The translations under genes and the position numbers were made by a program. Positions 40,587 through 47,991 of a stretch of DNA of 64,000 nucleotides are shown here, in pieces (within the stretch, counting starts at the first letter, position 1; each line of letters begins with the position of its first letter). Origin of the DNA: an uncultured bacterium (GTDB lineage: Bacteria > Acidobacteriota > Thermoanaerobaculia > Multivoradales > JAHZIX01); assembly GCA_965368975.1 (NCBI GenBank), contig CBDUPA010000002.1:480001-544000 (forward strand), in the 5' to 3' direction. The notes below the pieces were generated by a model. It did no database searches and was not told the origin of the DNA. It saw only the letters and a program-made list of their open reading frames with translations.

Positions 40587-42653
40587 TTGACGATCTTTGC
40601 TTTCCTTCTCCTCCTCCTCCTCACTCTTCCCGGCATGCTGATGGCGGACGAGTTCGCCTCGGCGGAGCGGTCCGCCCCGGGCGGGCTGGCCCTGTCCGAG
40701 GGTGGCCAGGATGACCCATCTCCCGAGAATCGCCAGAGCAGCGAAGCAACACCCGAACCGGCAGCAGCAGGGCCTGCAGCCTTCGGCGATACCGTGACCG
40801 AAGAGATGACGGTGACCGCTGGCCAGCCCTGGGGCACCCTCAGCGCTGCCAGCGGCGCCGCCACCGTGTTGCGCACAGAAGACCTGGCGGCACCGCCGGA
40901 CACCCTCGGGCAGTTGCTACAGCACGCACCGTCGGTGTCCGAGACCGGCCAGGGAGGGCAATTCCAGACCTTCTCGATCCGCGGCGTCTCGCGCCAGCGC
41001 GTGCTCACGCTGGTTTCCGGCATGCGCATGACCAGCGAGCGCCGCGCCGGGGTCGCCACCTCCTTCTTCGACCCCTTGCTCATCGGCCCCGTCGATCTGC
41101 TGCGCGGCCCGGCCTCCAGCTACCACGGCTCCGAGGCCTTGGGCGGCGTGGTGCAGCTGTTCCCACGCGCCTTCAACGGCTGGAACGTCGCCACCGGCTG
41201 GGAAAGTCAAGGCAACGAACGCTATGTGCGTGTCGCCTGGGGCGACCCCGAACGAGGCTGGTCGCTGGGCCTGGTACGACGCACGGCCGACAACGCTGAG
41301 ACACCCGCCGGCACCGAGCTCGATACGCACTTCACGCAGTGGTCCGCCAGCGTACACAAGACGTGGTCCACCGAGGGTGGCGTACGCGCTGGCGGCCTGG
41401 ACTACGAGATCCTACTCATTCCTGCCGTCGCTGACGATCTGGGCAAGTCGAGCACCGACTTCCCCGAGAGCCGTATCACCACGTATCCGCGCGAGCGCCA
41501 CCTGCTGGCCAAGCTCGGGATCGACGCCCCCAACTGGCGCTTCAACGTCTGGGCGCACCCCCAAGACCTCGAGACCGAAGCCCTGCGCCCCGAGCGCAGC
41601 CTGTCGACCGTGGCCAACGAAAGTCTCGATCTCGGCAGCTCCTGGCGCTATCGATTCGACCTCGACCCGAACACCAGCGCGCAGGCCGGCATCAGCTGGT
41701 TCGGGCGTCGAGGCGTCGGTGCGGAGGAGACCGAGATCGACCTGCAGTCCGGCGAAAGTACGACCCGCACAACGCTGCAGAGCGCCGAGCAGGACGAAGT
41801 CGACGCCTTCGCCTCGCTGCGCTGGCAGGGCAACAGAATCCAGCTCGAGGCCGGTACGCGCCTGAGCTGGCAGCAGCAGAGCAATGAAGGGGCGGGACGC
41901 ACGAGGGGGACGCGCGACGATGCAGCCTGGAACGGCTTCGTCGGCGCCGTCGTACCGCTGGTGCGCAGGGCCACCGGTGAGCACGCGGAACTGGTGGCCA
42001 ATGCCGGTACCGGCCTGCGCTTCCCGACGCTCAGTGAGCGCTTCTTTAGCGGCACCACTGGCCGCGGCGGTGTCCTCGGCAATCCAGACCTCGAACCCGA
42101 ACGCGCAGTCAATGTCGACCTCGGACTCCGCTGGACCGCCGGTCGCCTGTTCGTCGGTGCCTTCCTTTTCCGCAACGAGATCGACGACTACATCGAGCGG
42201 ATCGAAGTCGCCGAAGACCTGCGCACCTTCGTCAACCTCACCTCCGGCACGATCGAAGGCATCGAGATCGAGGGCTTCTACATTCTCGACGACACCTGGC
42301 GTCTCAGCTTCGGTGGTCATTCGATGGAAGGCACGGACGATGACGGTCTGCCCCTGGCCGACATCCCCGCCCGCCGCCTACAGCTCGGCTTCGGTTTCGA
42401 CCGTGACCGCTGGCGCGTGCAGGCCGACTGGCAGTACCGCTGGGACAAGGACGACCCGGGAAGCAGCGAGAAGGCGATCCCGTCCGCGCACATCCTCGGA
42501 GCGTCGGCGCAGTACTCCCTGAACAACGGCCTGGCTCTGCGCCTGACCGGCCACAACCTGCTCGACGAGGAGTACTTCAACTCCGCAGACGAGAAGGTAC
42601 CGTTGTCAGCGGGACGGTCGATCGGCGTCGGAGTAGTGTGGACCGGGGACTGA
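40587..42653 (+). CDS. TonB-dependent outer-membrane receptor
   Basis: Hydrophobic signal segment; plug SIRG and RGPASSYHGSEALGGVV; GNPDLEPE and NLLDEEY motifs. TTG start at 40587 is inferred. Confidence 0.88.
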   Translation: MTIFAFLLLLLLTLPGMLMADEFASAERSAPGGLALSEGGQDDPSPENRQSSEATPEPAAAGPAAFGDTVTEEMTVTAGQPWGTLSAASGAATVLRTEDLAAPPDTLGQLLQHAPSVSETGQGGQFQTFSIRGVSRQRVLTLVSGMRMTSERRAGVATSFFDPLLIGPVDLLRGPASSYHGSEALGGVVQLFPRAFNGWNVATGWESQGNERYVRVAWGDPERGWSLGLVRRTADNAETPAGTELDTHFTQWSASVHKTWSTEGGVRAGGLDYEILLIPAVADDLGKSSTDFPESRITTYPRERHLLAKLGIDAPNWRFNVWAHPQDLETEALRPERSLSTVANESLDLGSSWRYRFDLDPNTSAQAGISWFGRRGVGAEETEIDLQSGESTTRTTLQSAEQDEVDAFASLRWQGNRIQLEAGTRLSWQQQSNEGAGRTRGTRDDAAWNGFVGAVVPLVRRATGEHAELVANAGTGLRFPTLSERFFSGTTGRGGVLGNPDLEPERAVNVDLGLRWTAGRLFVGAFLFRNEIDDYIERIEVAEDLRTFVNLTSGTIEGIEIEGFYILDDTWRLSFGGHSMEGTDDDGLPLADIPARRLQLGFGFDRDRWRVQADWQYRWDKDDPGSSEKAIPSAHILGASAQYSLNNGLALRLTGHNLLDEEYFNSADEKVPLSAGRSIGVGVVWTGD

Positions 42654-42668
42654 TATGCTCCCGAGTCT

Positions 42669-43862
42669 ATGACGACCCTGCTTTCCGACGCCGAGCTTTC
42701 CGACGCCGACCTGCTCGCCCGCATGGTGAGTTTCGACACCACGAGCCGCTACTCCAATCTGCCGCTCGCTGACTTCATTTGCGACTACCTTGACCGCCCA
42801 GGCGTCGAGATCGTGCGCGCCCCTGCGCCAGAGGGGGACAAGGTCAACTTGGTGGTTTACGTTGGGCCGAGCGTTGGGAAAGAGCGCGAAGGTTTGACGC
42901 TCTCGGGCCACATGGACGTAGTACCGGCCGAGGAGCCCGGCTGGGCCAGCGACCCATTCGAACTCACCGACGCGGGCGACCGCTACGTGGCTCGTGGATC
43001 GGCGGACATGAAGGGATTCGTGGCGCTGGCGGTGAACCGGGCGGCACGGCTGGCTGCCTCGGCAGGTGACCTACAACAGCCGCTGGCCCTGGTGCTGACC
43101 TACGACGAAGAAGTCGGTACCGTTGGCGCGCGACACTTCGCGCACTCCTGGAACCGGCCGCTACCGCGACACGCGATCATCGGTGAACCGACCGAACTCA
43201 AAGTCGTGCGCATGCACAAGGGACACCTGAAGCTGCGCGTGACGCTGCGCGGACAGTCGGCGCACAGCGGCTATCCGCACCTGGGACGCAACGCGATCGA
43301 GCCCGCGGGACGGGTGATCGTAGCGTTGTCCGAACTGCGGCGACAGCTGGAGACGGAAGCCCCGCCGAACCGGCAGTTCTTCCCGGAGGTGCCGTTCGTG
43401 GCGCTCAATGTGGCAATGGTGCAGGGCGGCACGGCCGTCAACATCGTGCCGGACTTGTGCACCCTGATGGTCGGCGCCCGCGTGTTGCCGGGCATGAACT
43501 CGGCCGAGATCGCTACACGCATCCGGCAGGCGATTGATCAAGCGACGTGCGAGGAGCAGGACACTGCCGGATCCAAGATCGATGAGCCGGAGATCGAGCT
43601 GCTCAACGACAGCCCGCCGTTGCTGGTATCGGAAGAAGCACCGATATGCCGCCAGCTGTACCCGCTATCGTCGCAGACCGAAACGTTGTCCGCCTCGTAC
43701 GCCACGGACGCAGGCTGGCTGCAGAAGCTGGACATGGACTGCGCGATCTGGGGGCCGGGGTCGATCGAGGTGGCCCACAAGCCGAACGAGTACCTACCCA
43801 AAGATCAGTTCGTGCGGGCTGGAGAACTGCTGGACGGCATCATCCGAGAGCGCTGTGGCTGA
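42669..43862 (+). CDS. argE: M20-family acetylornithine deacetylase-like enzyme
   Basis: SGHMDVVP, RGSADMKGF, YDEEVG, GEPT and AHKPNE motifs. Confidence 0.85.
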   Translation: MTTLLSDAELSDADLLARMVSFDTTSRYSNLPLADFICDYLDRPGVEIVRAPAPEGDKVNLVVYVGPSVGKEREGLTLSGHMDVVPAEEPGWASDPFELTDAGDRYVARGSADMKGFVALAVNRAARLAASAGDLQQPLALVLTYDEEVGTVGARHFAHSWNRPLPRHAIIGEPTELKVVRMHKGHLKLRVTLRGQSAHSGYPHLGRNAIEPAGRVIVALSELRRQLETEAPPNRQFFPEVPFVALNVAMVQGGTAVNIVPDLCTLMVGARVLPGMNSAEIATRIRQAIDQATCEEQDTAGSKIDEPEIELLNDSPPLLVSEEAPICRQLYPLSSQTETLSASYATDAGWLQKLDMDCAIWGPGSIEVAHKPNEYLPKDQFVRAGELLDGIIRERCG

Positions 43863-45258
43863 GTCCTTCGCTAGCGGAGAACGCATGCTGCTGGCACCGG
43901 AACTGGCACTGATCGGCGACCACCTGCGCCCCGGCATGTGGATCGAAGTGGACGCCGACGGCCGGATCGGCCAGGTGTTCGAAGGCGACGCTTCGGCGAG
44001 CCCACCGGAGAATCTCGTACGACTGCCGCGTCGTGCCCTACTGCCGGGCATGATCAACGCGCACTCGCACGCGTTCCAGCGCGGCCTGCGCGGCCGGGGA
44101 GAGACCTTCCCGGCGGGGGCCGGTAGCTTCTGGAGCTGGCGCGCGGCGATGTACGAGCTGGTCACGCAACTGGATGAAGGCGATTTCCGGACCGTCTGCC
44201 TGCGTGCTTTCCGCGAGATGCTGGCCGCCGGCATCACGACGGTAGGCGAGTTCCACTACTTCCATCACCTGGACGAAGACCCGGCAAGCCGCCTGCGCGG
44301 GCGCTGCGATGAATTGGTGCTGGGGGCCGCCGCAGAGGCCGGAATTCGGATCGTGCTGCTGCAGGCGTACTACCGTACCGGCGGCATCGACGCCAACGGC
44401 AACTACACACCGCCGCAGCCGGCCCAGCACCGCTTCTACACCGAGTCCCCGCGGGCCTACTGGCAGCGCCTGGACGAACTCGCCGAGAAACTCGGCCGCC
44501 ACCAGACGCTGGGCGTCGTGGCCCACAGCATCCGTGCCGCTGAGCCGGCCGAGATCGCCGAGCTGTGGCAGGAGGCTCGGCGGCGCAAGCTACCGTTTCA
44601 CATGCACGTGGAAGAGCAACGGCAGGAGATCGAGGCCTGCTTGCTGGCACACGGTCAGACGCCGATGGCCACCCTGCTCGACACCCTGAAAGCTGGGCCC
44701 GGCAGCTTCGCCGATGGGGGCTTCACGGCGGTGCACTGCACGCACACGGCGAGCAAAGACATGGAACGGTTCGCCGCAGCCGGCGGCAGCGTCTGCATCT
44801 GCCCTCTGACCGAGGCCAACCTGGGCGATGGCATTGCCGACCTGCCGGGCATGCGCCGCGTCGGTGTCAACATCTGCCTGGGCACCGACTCCAACGCGCG
44901 CATCTCGATGTTCGAAGAGATGCGCTGGCTCGAGTACGTGCAACGGCTGGCGGGCGAAGCACGCGGCGTGGTGCGCGACGATGCCGGGGATGTCTCGGGG
45001 CCCCTCTGGCACACGGCCACTCTGCGCGGCGGCCGCGCGCTGAGTATCCCCGCCGGCACCATCGAGCGGGCAGCTTGTGCGGACCTGATCACCGTCGACC
45101 TCGACGCCCCGGCGCTGGCGGGCTGCGACGTCGCATCGCTGCTGCCGGCGCTGGTGCTCGGTGCTCCGGATGGCGTGATCGACCAGGTCTGCGTCGGCGG
45201 ACGCTGGCGGAGCGTGGCGGAGATCCTGCCGCCTGCCACGGCGAGCCCAGAGAACTAG
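43855..45258 (+). CDS. hutF: Formimidoylglutamate deiminase
   Basis: PGMINAHSHAFQR, FWSWR, VGEFHY, HSIRA, CPLTEANLGDG, GTDS and EEMRWLEY motifs. Confidence 0.9.
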   Translation: MAESFASGERMLLAPELALIGDHLRPGMWIEVDADGRIGQVFEGDASASPPENLVRLPRRALLPGMINAHSHAFQRGLRGRGETFPAGAGSFWSWRAAMYELVTQLDEGDFRTVCLRAFREMLAAGITTVGEFHYFHHLDEDPASRLRGRCDELVLGAAAEAGIRIVLLQAYYRTGGIDANGNYTPPQPAQHRFYTESPRAYWQRLDELAEKLGRHQTLGVVAHSIRAAEPAEIAELWQEARRRKLPFHMHVEEQRQEIEACLLAHGQTPMATLLDTLKAGPGSFADGGFTAVHCTHTASKDMERFAAAGGSVCICPLTEANLGDGIADLPGMRRVGVNICLGTDSNARISMFEEMRWLEYVQRLAGEARGVVRDDAGDVSGPLWHTATLRGGRALSIPAGTIERAACADLITVDLDAPALAGCDVASLLPALVLGAPDGVIDQVCVGGRWRSVAEILPPATASPEN

Positions 45259-45266
45259 GTCCGACA

Positions 45267-47522
45267 ATGGGACTCGCTGACCTGCTTCGCCGCCGCGGCC
45301 TGGTCCCCACGATCTCGGAGACCGAACGCGCCGCCCTAGAAGCGGGCACCGTGTGGTTGGACGGCGAGCTCTTCTCCGGCCGGCCCGACTGGCGGCGCAT
45401 CCTCGCCGAGCCGTATCCGCAGCTCGATGCGCGCGAGCGTGCCTTCCTCGATGGCCCCGTGGAGGAGGTGTGCCGCTTGCTCGACCCCTGGCGAGTGGAG
45501 CAGGAGCGGGCGTTGCCACCCGAGGTGTGGACCTACCTCAAGCAGGAGGGCTTCTTCGGGCTGCAGATCCCAGAGGAGTATGGCGGCCATGGCTTCTCGA
45601 CGCTCCTGCTGAGCGCCGTCTTCGCCAAGCTGGTGACGCGCAGCATGTATCTCTCGTCGGTGGTATTGATTCCGAACTCGGTGGGTCCGGGCGAGCTGCT
45701 GCTCGAGTACGGCACGGCCGAGCAGCAGCAGTACTACCTGCCACGGTTGGCGCGCGGTGAGGAGATCCCGTGCTTCGCACTCACCGAGCCGCAAGCCGGT
45801 TCCGACGCCGCGTCGCTGACTTCGCGTGGTCGCGTTTTCCGCCACACGGACGGTGATCTGCGCATTCGTCTCGACTTCGACAAGCGGTACATCACGCTGG
45901 CGCCGGTCGCCACGCTGATCGGCCTGGCGGTGCAGCTCGAAGACCCGGAGAACCTACTCGACCGCGCAGCTGGCCAACAGAGTGACTTGGGAATCACCTG
46001 CGTGCTGGTACCGGCCACGGCGCCGGGCGTCGAGATCGGACGTCATCACGATCCGATGGGCATTCCTTTCCCCAACGGACCGATCCGCGGACGCGCCGTG
46101 GAGGTCGGTATCGATGCGATCATCGGAGGCCCGCGCTACGCCGGCAAGGGCTGGCGCATGCTGATGGAGGCACTGTCCGGCGGGCGCGCGGTGTCCCTGC
46201 CCGCGCAAGCCACCGGTGGGGCCTGGTGGACGGCGCGCGTGGTAGGGGCCTACGCAGCGATACGGCATCAGTTCGGCTTGCCGATCGGTCGCTTCGAGGG
46301 CGTCGCCGAGCCGCTGGCACGCATCGCCGGCACCACGTACCTGATGGACGCTGCCCGGGTCTTCACCTGTGGCGCCCTTGACGGCAGCACGGACGGCGAA
46401 CGAGAGCGACCATCCGTGATCTCGGCTCTGATGAAGTACAACCTCACCGAGCTGGGGCGCGGCCTGATGCAGGACGGAATGGACGTGCTGGGCGGCGCAG
46501 GCATTTGCCGGGGACCTTCGAACTTGCTGGCGGACGGCTACGTCGCGGCGCCGATCGGCATCACCGTCGAAGGCGCGAACATCCTCACGCGCACGCTGAT
46601 AACCTTTGGCCAGGGTATCTTGCGGGCTCATCCCTACGCCCGCCGTGAGGTGGACTCCCTGGAGGCCGGGAATAGCAGCGCACTGCTCGAGGCCCTGCTC
46701 GGACACCTGGCCTTCTTCGCAGTCAACAGCGTGCGTGCCGTCTTCCACAGCCTGACCCTCGGGCGGTTCGCGGCAACACCACCACGGGCCGCGGTGAGCA
46801 AGGCGACGCGCCACTACTACCGCAAGCTCAGTTGGGCCGCCGCACGCTTCGCCGTCTACACCGACCTGGCGCTCTTCACCCTCGGCAGCCGGCTCAAGCG
46901 TCAGGGTAAGCTGAGCGGTCGCTTCGCGGACGTCCTCTCGTGGCTGTACCTGGGCCTGGCAACGCTGCGCCGGTTCGAGGCGGAGGGCCGGCAGGCACAG
47001 GATCTACCCTTGGTGCACTGGGCACTGCAGACCGCCCTGGCGCGCATCCAGACGAGCTTCGAAGGGATCTGCAGCAATTTCGGCGGTCCGCTCGGCTGGT
47101 GGATGCGCGGGCCGGAACGCTGGATCGTTCGCTCGACGCCCATCGGTCGGGCACCGTCGGATCACCTGGACCGCGAGCTGGCCGCGCTACTGCAGCAACC
47201 GAGCACCGCCCGCGACCGCCTGAGCGGCGAGATCTTCGCCGACGAGGATGCGGTGCCGACACTGGGTCGGCTCGAGCGCGCGCTACGCCTGAGCGGCGAG
47301 ACCGCGGAGCTGGAGCGGCGTGCCGCGAAAGACGGTGACGAGCAGCTGAGTACGGCTGATCAGGCTCGCCTGGACGAAGCCCGCGAGGCGCGCCGGCGGG
47401 CGATCGAGGTAGACAACTTCACTTTCGAAGAGTACAGCGGTAGGCTGGCGCCATGCTCCCAACCCTACAGCCCTACTGCGAGCGGCTCGAGATCAACCGC
47501 CGCCGCTTCCTCGACGAACTGA
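45267..47522 (+). CDS. fadE: FadE-type acyl-CoA dehydrogenase
   Basis: ISETERAALEAGTVW, PNSVGPGELL, CFALTEPQAGSDAAS, KRYITLAPVAT and ITVEGANILTR motifs. Confidence 0.9.
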   Translation: MGLADLLRRRGLVPTISETERAALEAGTVWLDGELFSGRPDWRRILAEPYPQLDARERAFLDGPVEEVCRLLDPWRVEQERALPPEVWTYLKQEGFFGLQIPEEYGGHGFSTLLLSAVFAKLVTRSMYLSSVVLIPNSVGPGELLLEYGTAEQQQYYLPRLARGEEIPCFALTEPQAGSDAASLTSRGRVFRHTDGDLRIRLDFDKRYITLAPVATLIGLAVQLEDPENLLDRAAGQQSDLGITCVLVPATAPGVEIGRHHDPMGIPFPNGPIRGRAVEVGIDAIIGGPRYAGKGWRMLMEALSGGRAVSLPAQATGGAWWTARVVGAYAAIRHQFGLPIGRFEGVAEPLARIAGTTYLMDAARVFTCGALDGSTDGERERPSVISALMKYNLTELGRGLMQDGMDVLGGAGICRGPSNLLADGYVAAPIGITVEGANILTRTLITFGQGILRAHPYARREVDSLEAGNSSALLEALLGHLAFFAVNSVRAVFHSLTLGRFAATPPRAAVSKATRHYYRKLSWAAARFAVYTDLALFTLGSRLKRQGKLSGRFADVLSWLYLGLATLRRFEAEGRQAQDLPLVHWALQTALARIQTSFEGICSNFGGPLGWWMRGPERWIVRSTPIGRAPSDHLDRELAALLQQPSTARDRLSGEIFADEDAVPTLGRLERALRLSGETAELERRAAKDGDEQLSTADQARLDEAREARRRAIEVDNFTFEEYSGRLAPCSQPYSPTASGSRSTAAASSTN

Positions 47523-47986
47523 ATCGCCACTCGGAGGCCCAGCGCAGCTTCCGTGCGACCCCCGAAACCTGGTGCCCACTGCAAGTTGCTGAGCACGTGA
47601 TTCTCGCCGAGCGCAGCGCGACGAAGATCATGTGCGATCCGCGCCGGCACCCGGTCCAACGCCGCGGCCTCAAAGATCGCGTCCTGTGGGCCGCGGTCAA
47701 TGTGGTCTTGACGCTGCACCTCAAAGCCAAAGCACCCAAGACTTCGGAGCCCAAGGAGGGCTGGGACCTCGATACAGTCGCCAGCACCTGGGAAACGGTG
47801 CGCCTGCAGCTCCGCGAGCACCTCGAAGATCTGGACGAAGCGGCGGTGCAACGCAAAGTCTTCAAGCACCCCTACGGTGGCCCACTCGACGTCGAGATGA
47901 CACTCGACTTCATGGACAAGCACCTGGAGCACCACCTGAGGCAACTGGAACGCATCCAGAGCGCCGAAGGCTGGCCAGCTACCTGA
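47453..47986 (+). CDS. DinB/YfiT-family protein
   Basis: WCPLQVAEHV, HPYGGPL and HLEHH motifs (His triad). Confidence 0.82.
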   Translation: MLPTLQPYCERLEINRRRFLDELNRHSEAQRSFRATPETWCPLQVAEHVILAERSATKIMCDPRRHPVQRRGLKDRVLWAAVNVVLTLHLKAKAPKTSEPKEGWDLDTVASTWETVRLQLREHLEDLDEAAVQRKVFKHPYGGPLDVEMTLDFMDKHLEHHLRQLERIQSAEGWPAT

Positions 47987-47991
47987 TTCCG

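Noticed and set aside
44565-45266. Long N-terminal extensions given in the ORF track for fadE (also hutF, the TonB receptor, gmd, ubiA and the ABC genes)
   Set aside because: The extensions overlap upstream genes; family homology begins at the downstream starts used here.
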